Positions 24,791-37,855 of a stretch of DNA of 64,000 nucleotides are shown in pieces. Positions within the stretch are counted from its first letter, which is position 1; each line of letters starts with the position of its first letter. The DNA lies in NCBI GenBank assembly GCA_030390025.1, contig JASTWF010000034.1, positions 1 through 64,000 of the forward strand. Reading direction: 5' to 3'. Source of the DNA: Squalus acanthias. Its lineage: Eukaryota. Below the pieces are notes generated by a model. The model was given only the letters and a program-made list of their open reading frames with translations, ran no database searches and was not told the origin of the DNA. A program made the translations under genes and the position numbers.

Positions 24791-26049
24791 TAATTGTGTG
24801 TGTGTCACAAATACATTTCTTCTATTTTGATACAAAAGCTCTACTAGACATGTTAAACTACTAGTTATTTAATCAGGGCTGCAGCTGCTGAAAGGTTGAC
24901 TGTACTGAGGTTTGTGGCCAGAGCTGGCAGACGTGTTGTTCTGAAGTCTGATGTCTCACACCTGAAGAGTCTGTTTATGTCGTGTTGTAATGACCTTTTT
25001 CTGTTGCCTGCTGTCAGAAATAGAAATCGAAGGGAGATGATGCCTCACTCTGTTAATCAACTCTTTGACACATTTCCATGCATTTCCTTTCTTAATTTAC
25101 AAAGATCACAACTCCATTAGTGAACAATGGATTGCCAGTCTGCCACTTTTTAGTGAGGCTTGAAAGGATGCGCTGTGAAGCTACACCTGCCCATCTGTCT
25201 GTGTGTCACTGAGTTTGGATTGTGTTAGACAACAGTCCTAATATCTCGCCTACATCTATTACAATTTTTGAAGTGTTAGATTGTACTTGGAAGAAGTTGA
25301 GTTTGAATCTGAAAATTCTGAAATTGGGAGCTTTTAATGATTTGTTTTCACATAACTATATCGTGATGTGATCAGTCAAAGCAAATTAAAAGATGATGCT
25401 ATTTACTGAACACAACTGAATAATTCTACAAGGATGCTATCACAGTCTTCCTCAGTATTAACTACACCCTCCAATTTAGTGTCATCAGCAAATTTTGAAA
25501 TTGTACTTCTGATTCCCAAGTCCAAATCATTGATGTAAATGGTGAACAACAGTGGTCCCAGCACCGATCCCCATGTAACACCACTTCCCACCTTCCGCCC
25601 ATCTGAGTAAATACCTTTAACTCATCCCGTTACTATAACTGGACTTGTCTCCATTCCCGTGCCGAGGGGATTGCTGTACCAGACGGGAGGGGCAACATTT
25701 GGGGACTCTCGATTCTCCACCAATTCCCATTCCCCTTCTTTCTGGTGGATAATGGAGGTGCCACTGTGTGTAATATGCAAGTCAGTAAGAATTGTCAGCG
25801 AGGATTAATCAGCACTTTCTAATTGGAGATGTTAATCAGTGGAACCTTTCAGACACTGAATTGTAGATTTTGTACCAAAGATTAATTTAGGATTGAAGTA
25901 AAAGTTCATAATTTTATTGTAAAATAATTTCTGATGAAAGATCACAGACAGCAGTTCTTAAAAGGACACTGCAGCCCCGAGAATACAATCAGCTATATAT
26001 CCAGAACATTAAACTCCAGCCCAGTTATAGGGGTTATTAACATCAGCAG

Positions 26050-26730
26050 AATCATAGAAAGTTACAGCACAGAAGGAGGCCATTTCAGCCCATTGTGTCC
26101 ACGCTGGCCGACAAAGAGCTCTCCAGCCTAATCCCACTTTCGAGCTCCTGGTCCGTAGCCATGTAGGTTACGGCACTTCAAGTGCACATCCAAGCACTTT
26201 TTAAATGTGGTGAGGATCTCTGCCTCTACCACCCTTACAGGCAGTGAGTTCCAGAGCCCAACTACCCTCTGGGTGAAGAAATTTCCCCTCAAATCCCCTC
26301 TAAACCTCCTACCAATTACTTTAAATCTATGCCCCCTTGTTGTTGACCCCTCTGCTAAGGGAAATAGGTCCTTTCTGTCCACTCTCTCGAGGGGCCAAAT
26401 GACCTACTCCTGCTCCTACATCTTATGTCTTATGTTCTTATCTAGGCCTCTAATATTTTTATACACCTCAATAAGGTATCCCCTCAGCCGCCACTGTACC
26501 AAAGAAAACAACCCCAGCCTATCCAGTCTTTCCTTGCAGCTAAAATTCTCCAGTCCAGGCAACATCCTCGTAAATCTCCTCTGTACCCTCTCTATCGCAA
26601 CCACATCTTTCATGTAATGTGGTGACCAGAACTGCACACAGTACTCTAGAGCTGTGGCCTAACTAGTGTTTTATACAGTTCAAGCATAACCTCCCTGCTC
26701 TTGTATTCTGTGCCTCAGCTAATAAAGGCA
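26050..26730 (-). mobile_element. CR1 LINE 3' end
   Basis: QFWSPHY and RGNFFTQRVVGLWNSLP; same subfamily as 59550-60630. Confidence 0.85.
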
Positions 26731-26824
26731 AGAATCAGAAACAAACCCCAACTGTCAGAATGAACATGGTTCAGTCCTGGATGTGATTAACAGCAGCAAT
26801 AACAGCAGAATTCAACCCCTGCAG

Positions 26825-27463
26825 TCACTTGTGAACTCGCTGGTGTCTCAGCAGGTTCGATAATCGATTAAATCCCTTCTCACGCATGGAGCAGGTGAAT
26901 GACCTCTCCCCAGTGTGAATTCGCTGGTGTGTCAGAAGCTCGGATGAACGAGTGAATCCCTTTCCACACACGGAGCAGGAGAATGGCCTCTCCCCGGTGT
27001 GAACTCGCTGGTGTGTCAGCAGGTGGGATAAGTGAATGAATCCCTTCCCACACACTAAGCAAGTGAAGGGCCTCTCCCCAGTGTGAATTCGCTGGTGTAG
27101 TATGAGGTTGGCTGACTGCTTGAACCTCTTCCCACAGTGAGTGCAGCTGAATGGTCTCTCGTCAGTGTGAACTTGCTGATGTGTCTGCAGAATGGACGAG
27201 TGAGTGAATCCCTTCCCACACACGGAGCAGCTGAATGGCCTCTCTCCCGTGTGACTGCGTTCATGATTTTTCAGCTCAGATGGGTAATTGAATCCCTTTC
27301 CACACACACAACAGGTGAACAGCCTCTCCCCAGTGTGACTGCGTCGATGAATTTCCAGCTTGGATGGATTATTGAATCCCTTCCCACAGTCTCCACATTT
27401 CCAGTTTCTCCGTGGTGCAGGTGACCTTATGACCTTAAACAGACAAACATTTCTCCTCCACAT
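26825..27463 (-). CDS. ZNF-D: 7-finger C2H2 protein (last finger degenerate)
   Basis: Open 212-aa ORF with TGERPF linkers, ending HQRVHK*; shares the family 3' UTR. Confidence 0.7.
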   Translation of the reverse strand: MWRRNVCLFKVIRSPAPRRNWKCGDCGKGFNNPSKLEIHRRSHTGERLFTCCVCGKGFNYPSELKNHERSHTGERPFSCSVCGKGFTHSSILQTHQQVHTDERPFSCTHCGKRFKQSANLILHQRIHTGERPFTCLVCGKGFIHLSHLLTHQRVHTGERPFSCSVCGKGFTRSSELLTHQRIHTGERSFTCSMREKGFNRLSNLLRHQRVHK

Positions 27464-27599
27464 TCAGAGACCGATGATATTCAGGTCCTGATGAATGGAG
27501 TGACTCTGTCAGATCTTGATGTGATGTTTGGTGTGAGTTTGCGGTGTGTAAATGCTGCCCTTCTCACAGCCTGTAAAAGGAGTTTACAAAAGCCATGAC

Positions 27600-28080
27600 T
27601 GAGAGTCCAGGATAGAAATTGACAAGATTCTCTCCTCCTGGTTCCTGGCCAAGGGGGCCGCGCATGCGCCCTGCTGCCCCCTGAGCCTGTCAAGATGGCG
27701 GCCGTTAACCCGGGCCTGTCACCGGGAGAAAGCCCCGCTCGGGGCAAACGCCCGGCCCGGAGGCTCTTGTTCGGGGCCTGAGGCCCACCCCGGGTGTTTG
27801 TGAAGCGGATAATGTGGAGTGTTTTAATAATGGGGCCTGGGGCCGCACTCGGGGTGTGTGCAGCCCGCGTCCCCCCGGGGTTTATTAACCCGCTCCCTGA
27901 GCTCTCTCACCTGATGTATCAGTGGCTGCTGCCACGGTCCGCGCATGCTCAGCTTACACTGCCCGGGTGATTGACGGGAGCTCCGGACCAATAGGAAGAG
28001 CGGGGCGGGACTGGAGGACCGAGCGGGCGGCGGGTCCTCCAACCAATGGTGGTGCAGCAAGGGGGCGGGGCCTGGTGAGC
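27600..28080 (-). promoter_or_regulatory. ZNF-D promoter
   Basis: GCGCATGCGC, AAGATGGCGGC (YY1), two CCAAT boxes and GC boxes; direct paralog of 62020-62525. Confidence 0.65.
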
Positions 28081-28345
28081 AGCTCAGGTGCGCTGGGGCC
28101 GATTGTGATGCGCTGTCCCCAGGTGAGAGCAGCTCAGTCAGCACAGAGCTGGGGCTGGAATCTGGGAGAGGGGCCACAGTCAGCGGGCCTGGCAAAGGGC
28201 CAGAGCGACAGCAGCTTCACTAAAGAAGATTATTTAAAGACAAATGCCTGCAGTTTTAGAGACAGCCCTGGTCACTGCAATAATTTCTTAAATGTTTAAT
28301 AATTAAATCAAAAGCATCAAAAAGGAAGAGAGTAGCAAAAGTAAA

Positions 28346-28815
28346 GAAAGAAGAAAGACTTGCATTTATATAGCGCCTTTCACCACCACCGGACGTCTCA
28401 AAGCTCTTTACAGCCAATGAAGTACTTTTTGAAGTGGAGTCACTGTTGTAATGTGGGAAACGCGGCAGCCAATTTGTGCTCAGCAAGCTCCCACAAACAG
28501 CAATGTGATAATGACCAGATAATCTGTTTTTGTTATGTTGGTTGAGGGATAAATATTGGCCAGGACACTGGGGAGAACTCACCTACTCTTCTTCGAAATA
28601 GTGTCATGGGATCTTTTACATCCACCTGAGAGGGCAGACGGGGCCTCGGTTTAACGTCTCATCCGAAAGACGGCACCTCTGACAGTGCAGCACTCCCTCA
28701 GCACTGCACTGGAGTGTCAACCTAGCTTTATGTGCTCAAGTCCCATGGAGCGGGACTTGAACCCACAACCCTTTGACCCAGAGACGAGTGTGCTATCAAC
28801 TGAGCCATAGCTGAC
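28346..28815 (-). mobile_element. DeuSINE, full length
   Basis: Same family as 11634-12077. Confidence 0.8.
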
Positions 28816-30980
28816 ATTGGTCCCTTAGAAGTAGAGACAGGAGAAATTATTATGGGGAATAAGGAAATGGCAGAAACGTAGAAGACACAAAAGCTTACCA
28901 AAGATGGTGGGGAACCGAGGGTCTAATGAGGGTGAGGAACTTAATGTAATTAATATAAGTACGAGAATACTAGAGAAACTAATGGTACTAAAAGCCGACA
29001 AATCCCCTGGATCTGACGGCCTACATCCTATGGTTCTAAAAGAGGTGGCTGAAGAGATAGTGGATGCATTGGTTTTGATCTTCCAAAATTCCCTAGATTC
29101 TGGAATGGTCCCAGCGGATTGGAAGGTCATAAATGTAACACCGCTATTCAAGAAAGGAGGGAGTGAAAAAACAGGGAACTACAGGCCAGTTAGCCTGACA
29201 TCAGTCGTTGGGAAAATGCTGGAATCCATTTTTACGGAAGTGGTATCAAGTCACTGAGAAAATCATAACATGATTCGACAAAGTCAACATGGTTTTATGA
29301 AAGGGAAATCATTTTTGAGTTTTTTGAGGATGTAACTAGCAGGTTAGATAAAGGGGAGTCAGTGGATGTAGTATATTTGGATTTCCAAAAGGCATTTCCA
29401 AAAGGTTATTGCTCAAGATTAGGGCTCATGGGGTTGGGGGTAATATAGTAGTGTGGATAGAGGACTGGTTAACAGACAGAAAACAGAGAGTAGGGATAAA
29501 CGGATCTTTTTCAGATTGGCAGGCTGTAACGAGTGGGGTGCCGCAAGGATCAGTGTTTGGGGCCTCAGCTATTTACAATCTATATTAATGACCTAGATGA
29601 AGGGACCGAGTGTAATGTATCCAAGTTTGCTGATGATACAAAGCTAGGTGGGACAGTAAGCTGTGAGGAGAACACAAAGAGTCTGCAAAGGGATATAGAT
29701 AGATTAAGTGAGTGGGCAGTAAGGTGGCAGATGGAGTATAATGTAGGGAAATGTGAGGTTATTCACTTTGGTAGGAAGAATAGAAAAACAGAATATTTTT
29801 TAAATGGTGAGAAACTTTCAAATGTTGGTGTTCAGAGAGATTTGGGTGTCCTCGTGCAAGAAACACAGAAAGTTAGCATGCAGGTACAGCAAGCAATAAG
29901 GAAGGCAAATGGCATAGAAACATAGAAACATAGAATCTAGGAGCAGGAGTAGGCCATTCGGCCCGTCGAGCCTGCTCCGCCATTCAATACGATCATGGCT
30001 GATCATCCAAATCCAGTACCCTGTCCCTGCTTTAATCCCCACAGTACACATATCCCACCCTACCCCCGTAACCCCACGTATTTAATTCCCCCTAACATAT
30101 CCCATCCTATCCCCATAACCCCACATATTTAATCCCCCCTAACACACTAAGGGTCAATTTATCATAGCCAAATCAACCTAACCCACACATTTTTGGACTG
30201 TGGGAGGAAACCGGAGCACCCGGAGGAAACCCACGCAGACACGGGGAGAATGTGCAAACTCCACACAGACAGTCACCCGAGGTCAGATTCGAACCCGGGT
30301 CTCTGGCGCTGTGAGGCACCAGTGCTAACCACTATGCCACCGTGTTGGCCTTTATTGCAAGGGGGTTGGAGTATTAGAGTAAGGAAGTCTTGCTACAATT
30401 GTACAGGGCCTTGGTGAGACCACACCTGGAGTACTGTGCACAGTTTTGGTCTCCTTATCTAAGGAAGGATATACTTGCCTTGGAGGCGGTGCAACGAAGG
30501 TTCACTAGATTGATTCCTGGGATGAGAGGGCTGTCCTATGATGAGAGATTGTGTAGAATGGGCCTATACTCTCTGGAGTTTAGAAGAATGAGAGGTGATC
30601 TCATTGAAACTTATAAGATTCTGAAGGGGATTGACAGGGTAGATGCTGAGAGGTTGTTTCTCCTGGCTGGAGTGTATAGAACTGGGGGGCATAGTCTCAG
30701 GATAAGGGGTCGGCCATTTAAGACTGAGATGAGGAGGAATTTCTTCACTCAGAGGGTTGTGAATCTTTGGAATTCTCTGCCCCAGAGGGCTGTGAATGCA
30801 GAGTCTTTGAGTATATTCAAGGCTGAGATCGATAGATTTTTGGACTCTGGGGGAATCAAGAGAAATGGAGATCAGACAGGAAAGTGGAGTTGAGGTCGAT
30901 GATCAGCCATGATCTTATTGAATGGTGGAGCAGGCTCGAGGGGCCGTATGCCTACTCCTGCTCCTAATTCTTATGTTCTT
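28816..30980 (+). mobile_element. CR1 LINE ORF2 with nested CR1 tail and SINE
   Basis: [26 protein letters not shown] and RPHLEYC motifs; 3' tail TTCTTATG. Confidence 0.87.
30035..30350 (-). mobile_element. V-SINE (HE1-like)
   Basis: Reverse complement of the 16714-17036 family. Confidence 0.75.
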
Positions 30981-32719
30981 ATGGACTTTCACAAGGCATT
31001 TGATAAAGTACCACACAACAGACTTACTCGGGAAATAGAAGCACAGGGAATGAAAGGCCTGATGGTAATTTGGGTATAATTGGCTAAGGGAGAGGAGACA
31101 GTGAGCAGTGCTGAGGGATGTTTTTCTGACTGGAGGGAAGTATGCAGTGGGTTCACCCAGGGGTCGGGATTAGGACCATTGCTTTTCTTGTTATATATAA
31201 CTGACCTGGACTTGGGTATAGGTGGACAATTTCGAAGTTTACAGATGATACAAAACTTGGCAACGTAGTAAATAGTGAGCATAGTAGTAGCAGACTTCAG
31301 GAGGACAGAGACAGACTGTGAAATGAGCAGACACAAGATGAAATTAAATGAGGATAAGTGTGAAGTGATGCACTTTGGGAGGAACAACAGGGAGAGGCCG
31401 TATAATCTAAATGGGACTATTTTGAGGGGGTGCAAGAGCAGAGGGACCTGGGGGTCCATATTCACAAATCTTTGAAAGTGCCACGGCAAGTTGGTGAGGC
31501 GGTTCAGAAAGCGTATGGGATACTTGGCTTTGTAAATAGGGCCATTGAATACAAAAACAAGGAAGTTACACTAAACCTTTACAAATCACTAGTTAGGAAC
31601 ATAGGACAGGAGGAGGCCATTCAGCCCCTCGAGCCTGTTCCGCCATTCAATGAGATCATGGCTGATCTGTGACCTAACTCCATACACCCGCCTTTGGCCC
31701 ATATCCCTTAATACCTTTGGGTAACAAAAACCTATCAATCTCAGATTTAAAATTAACAATTGATCTCGCATCAATTGCCGTTTGTGGAAGAGAGTTCCAA
31801 ACTTCTACCACCCTTTGTGTGTAGAAGTGTTTCCTAATTTCACTCCTGAAAGGTCTGGCTCTAATTTTTAGACTATGCCCCGAGTCCTAGAATCCCCAAC
31901 CAGCGGAAATAGTTTCTCTCTATCTACCCTATCTGTTCCCCTTAATATCCTGAAAACTTCAATCAGATCACACCTTAACCTTCTAAATTCCAGGGAACAC
32001 AACCCTAATTTGTGTAATCTCTCCCCGTAACTTAACCCTTGAAGTCCGGGTATCATTCTGGTAAACCTGCGCTGCACTCCCTCCAAGGCCAATATATCCT
32101 TCCTAAGGTGTGGTGCCCAGAACTGCTCACAGTACTCCAGGTGTGGTCTAACCAGGGTTTTGTACAGCTGCAGGGTTTTGGCCTCAGCTGGAGTCTTGTG
32201 TACAGTTCCGGGCACCACACTTTAGGAAGGATGTCAAGGCCTTGGAGAGGGTGCAGAGGAGGTTGACCAGGATGGTACCAGGGATGAGGGACTTCAGTGA
32301 TGTGGAGAGATTGGAGAAGCTGGGATTGTTCCCCTTAGAGCAGAGAAGGTTAAGAGGAGACCTAATAGAGGGGTTCAAAATGATGAGGGGGTTTTGATCG
32401 AGCAAGTAGGGAGAAACTGTTCACTCTGGCAAGTGGGTCAGTAACCAAAGGTCACAGATTTAAAATAGTTGCTGAAAGAACTAGAGGTGAATGAGGAGAA
32501 TTGTTTTCACACAGAGGGTTGTTAAGATCTGGAACGCACCATCTGAAAGGATGCTGGAATCAGGTTCCACAGGAACTTTCAAACGGTGATTGGACGTGTA
32601 CTTGAAGAGGACTAGTTTGCAGAGTTCTGGGGATAAAGCTGGGGTTTGGGACTAAATTGGACAGTTCTTTCAAAGAGCCGGCACAGACACGATGGGCCGA
32701 ATCACCTCCTTCTGTGCTG

Positions 32720-33962
32720 TTAGATTCTATGATCAGTGTGAAGATGCTGGTGTCCCTTAAGGCTCTTAGAGCTTTTAAAGCTCTTCGCACAGTCAGAACA
32801 TTTAAAGGGTCTCTCGTCAGTGTGAACTCGCTGGTGTCCCTTCAGCTCCCCGGGGCTTTTTAAGCTCTTCCCACAGTCAGGACATTGAAATGGCCTCTTA
32901 TCAGTGTGAACTCGGTGGTGTGCCTTCAGATCCTGAGGGCTTTTAAAGCTCTTCCCACAGTCAGGACATTGAAATGGCCTCTCATCAGTGTGAACTCGCT
33001 GGTGTACCTTCAGCTCCTGGGGGTTTTTAAAGCTCTTCCCACAGTCAGAACATTTAAAGGGTCTCTCATCAGTGTGAACTTGCTGGTGTCTCAGCAGGTG
33101 GGAAGGACAAAGAAATCCCTTTCCACACACGGAGCAGGTGAACGGCCTCTCCCTAGTGTGAACTCGCTGGTGTCTCAGCAGGTGGGATGAATAAACAAAT
33201 CCCTTTCCACACACGGAGCAGGTGAACGGCCACTCCCCAGTGTGTAGGTGTTGGTGTCTCTTCAGCTCCCCGGGGCTTTTAAAGCTCTTCCCACAGTCAG
33301 AACATTGAAATGGTCTCTCCCAGTGTGAACTCGCTGGTGTCTCAGCAGGTGGGATGAACAAACAAATCCCCTTCCACACACGGAGCAGGTGAACGGCCTC
33401 TCCCCAGTGTGAACAAGCTGGTGTGTTTGCAGGTGGGATGAACAAACAAATCCCTTTCCACACACGGAGCAGGTGAACGGCCACTCCCCAGTGTGTAGGT
33501 GTTGGTGTCTCTTCAGATCCCCGGGGCTTTTAAAGCTCTTCCCACAGTCAGAACACTGAAATGGTCTCTCCCCAGTGTGAACTCGCTGGTGTGCCCGCAG
33601 GTGGGATGAACAAACAAATCGCTTCCCACACACGGAGCAGGTGAACGGACTGTCCCTGGTGTGACTGCGCCGTTGAACTTCTATTGCAGACGGGGAACTG
33701 AATCCCTTCCCACCGTCCCCATCTTTACCCGGTTTCTCCCCGGTGTGACGGTGCACGTGTCTTGCCAGGTCAGGCGATCGGCTGAATCCGCGTCCACACA
33801 CCGAACATGTGTGCGGTTTGTCATCGCTGCGATCGCTGCTTTCTCCTTCCATGTGCAAAGGCCGATGATATTCAGGTCCGGATGAAACGTGCGACTCTGT
33901 CAGATTTTGACGTGATGTTTGGTCTGAGCTTCCCGCCTGTAACTGCTCCACTTCTATAACCC
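32720..33962 (-). pseudogene. ZNF-B: C2H2 gene, about 13 finger units, one frameshift near 33320
   Basis: ORFs 33262..34113 and 32720..33484; paralog of ZNF-A with the same TDHRI* end. Confidence 0.8.
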
Positions 33963-34409
33963 TGTAAAATGAGTTCAGAAAAGGGTCAGAGGCAAAATGT
34001 TGTTTAATTTTCCCCTTTCCCAGCCTAGGGGCAGTGAAGCTGATCTTCAGGCTCCAGCTGCTGCACAGGTTGGTTGAAAGGATCAGCAGTAATGGCGGCT
34101 GCAATACCCACAAGCCCCGGCGCTCCAGAAAGCGCTCTGTTGACTCTGAGTCCCGCCCATGTGCTCATGGCCCCCGCGCTCTCCCTCCTGCTCCACAATC
34201 GCCCGTCCCGATCGGTCCACAACGCGCATGCTCAGCGCACAAAACCCCGCGGTTGGAACATCGGGTGCGCATGCGGAGCTGCAACATCTGGTACGTGTGC
34301 GCGGCTCAGGTGGGGGCGAGTCAGTGTTTCGCCTCAGCCGCCAGGGAGGTGCGCATGCGCAGGACGACCCAACATTCTTCCTGTCAGCAATCACTCCCTC
34401 GTTTCTTTA

Positions 34410-34512
34410 ATCAAAACAGAAACTGCTGGAAATACTCAGCAGGTCAGGCAGCATCTGTGGAGAGAGAAACAGAGTTAACGTTTCAGGTCGATGACCATTC
34501 GTCAGAACTGCT
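34410..34512 (-). mobile_element. Solo Penelope pseudo-LTR fragment with hammerhead (34473-34509)
   Basis: Duplicate of 5178-5281 with one substitution at the base of stem II. Confidence 0.78.
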
Positions 34513-34521
34513 TGTTCTTTA

Positions 34522-34937
34522 GTGTCAGCCAGTGGCTCAGTGGGTCACACTCTCGCCTCTGAGTCAGAAAATTGTGGGTTCAAGTCCCACTCCAGAGACT
34601 TGAGCACAGGAATCCAGGCTGACACTCCAGTGCAGTGCTGAGGGAGTGCAGCACTGTCGGAGGTGCCGTTTTTTGGATGAGACGTTAAACCGAGGCCCCG
34701 TCTGCTCTCTCAGGTGGATATGAAAGATCCTATGGCACTATTTTGAATAAGAGCAAGGGAGTTATCCCCAGTGTCCGAGCCAATGTGTTTATCCCTCAAT
34801 CAACATAACAAAAAACATAGATTATCTGCTCATTATCAGATTGCTGTTTGTGGGAGCTTGCTGTGCGCTAATTGGCTGCTGCGTTTCCTGCATTACAACA
34901 GTGACTGCACTCCGAAACTCCTGCATTGGCTGTAAAG
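34522..34937 (+). mobile_element. DeuSINE
   Basis: A and B boxes plus central domain. Confidence 0.78.
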
Positions 34938-35719
34938 CATGCGCACGCGGAACGGCGGTTTGGGCCGAGTCCGGCACAGCGCCCCCTCCCGGTCACCAAG
35001 GGTAATAACTGCGCATGCCCAGAGGACACCAAACCCCCTCCCCCACTCGGAGCTGCGTCTGCGCGGTCGGATCCTGTTGGACAGAGTCGGCGCGGGGCAT
35101 TCCGGGGAAAGGCCTTGGTGTCGGTTACAGAGTCGCGATCGGTGACGCAAAGTAACTTTTCTCCGCTCTGATTGGGTGGAGAATCACGCGGGGTGGGGGG
35201 GAGGGGTGGATCGGGAGAGAATAAAGAAAAATAGAAAAACCTGAGAGTCCGCGAGGCCCCGGACCGAGCGGAGTCAGTTGGACGGAGCACGTGATCTCCT
35301 CGGGGACACGTGACCCGGGCCCACGGCCTGATTGACGGGAGATTCCGACCAATAGGGAGCGAGCGGGGCGGTGCTGGAGGCGCGAGCCGGCGGCGGGTCC
35401 TCCAACCAATCGGGGAGCCCGAGGGGCGGGACTAGCACCGGCTGATTGTCTGATCCGCGGGGCAGCGAGTTTCTCCAGTCCCTTGTTCAGGGCCCGGGGC
35501 CAGGGGAGGCTGTGGACCCTTATTCCCCTTATTGGACACAAGGCTCTTTGTCTCACAACACACTGGCTCAGATTTTAAAAATAGGTTTACAGGAAATAGT
35601 GAATTGAAAATTGCAAAACTGAGATTGTTAGTTTTACACAGGATTACACAGGATATACGGCACAGAAACAGGCCATTCGGCCCAACCAGTCCATGCCGGC
35701 GTTTATGCTCCACTCGAGC

Positions 35720-37855
35720 ATATACACAGTTATACATTCCTTTCTGGCGCAAAAACACAAAAGGAAAAGCGGCCCAACCATGGCTAACAAAAGAAATTAA
35801 GGACAGTATTAGATACAAAGAGGAGTCATATAAAGTTGCCAGAACAAGTAGCAAGCCTGAGGATTTGGAGCAGTTTAGAGTTCAGCAAAAACGACATTGA
35901 TTAAGAGGGGCAAAATAGTGTATGAGAGTAAACTTGCAAGGAACATAAAAGCGGACTGTAAAAGTTTCTACAAGTATGTAAAAAGAAAAAGATGTGTGAA
36001 GACAAATGTAGGTCCCTTACAGTCAGAAATGGGAGAATTTATAATGGGGAACAAGGAAATGGCAGAGCAATTAAACAAATACTTTGGTTCTGTCTTCACA
36101 GAAGAGGACACAAATAACTTCCCAGAAATGTTAGGGAACCAAGGGGGAGAAATTCAGTATCGCCTCATTTGGGGCGCAATTATCGGCCGGGCGCAAAGAT
36201 TAGCGCCTGGCGCTAATTATCGCCACCGACTGCAAACTTGACTTTTATCGCCCCTGGAGGTGATTGGAGCGCTAAATCAGGCGCTTCACACCTGTCTTAA
36301 GGCGCAAAGGCCGAGGAGCGAGGCGCTACCTCAGAGCACTGGCGAAACTCATGTGATGTCAGTCAGCAATGGAACACACACACAATGGCATGGGCCAGTT
36401 CTTAAAGGGAATGGTTAATATTGCTTTCGATCCACATCCTGCTCATTGCAGCCTTGAATCTCGGCCTGGAGAGACCTGTACATCAAATCTGCTGGAAAGA
36501 ACAATGGAGAGAACCAGGGAAAGAGCTCAGAGTGCAGCCCCCACAGTCTCTTCTAAATCGATACAAGGAATGGCAAATCAAAATGAACCTGCAAAGTGCT
36601 GCTCAGTACCCAAAACTCCTTCACACAACGTTGAATCTCTCCAGAAGTCTCTCTCTCTCTCTCTCTCTCTCAGAATGCGTGGTTCAAAAATGGCACCAAC
36701 AATAAAAGGCAGGAAGCGGTCACCTTTAAATAGCGCTCCCCCACTCCCTTCATGACTGCAAAACGCTCCCCTCAACCTGTCGTTGCTAGCGTCAGGCGGT
36801 AAGGCAGGGGGCGCCACTCAATTTCCGCTCCGGGAAGTTACCGGAGCGTTGCGCACTCGACTGACGTCACGATCTGCCGGCGCAGGAGATCGTGGCGGTA
36901 GTGTTTAGCGCCGCCGCAAAATGTCTAGTTAATTTCGCGAGCGGCGCAAACTTCGCCGCGCCTGGGCGCTAGATGCTTTGCGCCCCATTAGCGCCCTCTT
37001 AAGGCGCTAACGGGAGGCGAAACCAACTGAATTTCCCCCCCCAAGGGTCTAGTGAGAAGGAGGAATTAAAGGAAATTAGTATTAGTAATAACTGGTGCTG
37101 GAAAAATTAATAGGACTGAAAGCTGATAAATCCCCAGGGCCTGATAATCTGCATCCCAGAGTACTAAAAGAGGTAGCCATGGAAATAGTGGATGCATTGG
37201 TTGTCATCTTCCAAAATTCTATAGATTATGGAACAGTTCCTGCAGATTGGAGGGTGGCAAATGTAACCCCACTATTTAAAAAAGGAGGGAGAGAGAAAAC
37301 AGGGAACTACAGACCGGTTAGCCTAACATCAGTAGTACGGAAAATGCTAGAGTCTATTATTAAGGATGTGATAACAGGACACTTAGAAAATATCAACGGG
37401 ATTAGACAAAGTCAACATGGATTTATGAAAGGGAAATTGTGTTTGACAAACCTACTGGAGTTTTTTGAGGATGTAACTGGTAGAATAGATAAGGGAGAAC
37501 CAGTGGATGTGGTGTATTTGGATTTTCAGAAGGCCTTTGATAAAGTCCCACAGAAGAGGTTAGTGTGCAAAATTAAAGCACATGGGATTGGAGGTAATAT
37601 ACTGGCATGGATTGAAAAGTGGTTAACAGACAGGAAACAGAGAGTAGGAATAAATGGGTCTTTTTCGGGGTGGCAGGCAGTGACTAGTGGGGTACTGCAG
37701 GGATCAGTGCTTGGGCTCCAGCTATTCACAATATATATCAATGATTTGGATGAGGGAACCAAATGTAATATTTCCAAGTTTGCTGACGACACAAAACTAG
37801 GTGGGGTTGTGAGTTGTGAGGTGGATGCAAAGAGACTTCAAGGCGACTTAGACAT
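35720..37855 (+). mobile_element. CR1 LINE ORF2 fragment interrupted by a MITE
   Basis: ORFs 35897..36241 and 37095..37865 ([19 protein letters not shown]). Confidence 0.88.
36143..37041. mobile_element. PIF/Harbinger-like MITE
   Basis: TIRs GGGGGAGAAATTCAGT / ACTGAATTTCCCCCCC (15/16 match), 3-bp TSD CAA; the CR1 is continuous across the site. Confidence 0.82.

Larger units (their letters stand above)
30980..35366 (-). repeat. Inverted segmental duplication of 3339-9036
   Basis: Near-identical ORF translations in opposite orientation, e.g. 8339..8581 vs 31430..31672 and 5169..5657 vs 34034..34522. Confidence 0.92.

Noticed and set aside
36369..36755. Transposase or Myb-like ORF inside the MITE
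   Set aside because: No recognisable catalytic or Myb motifs; it runs through a CT microsatellite.
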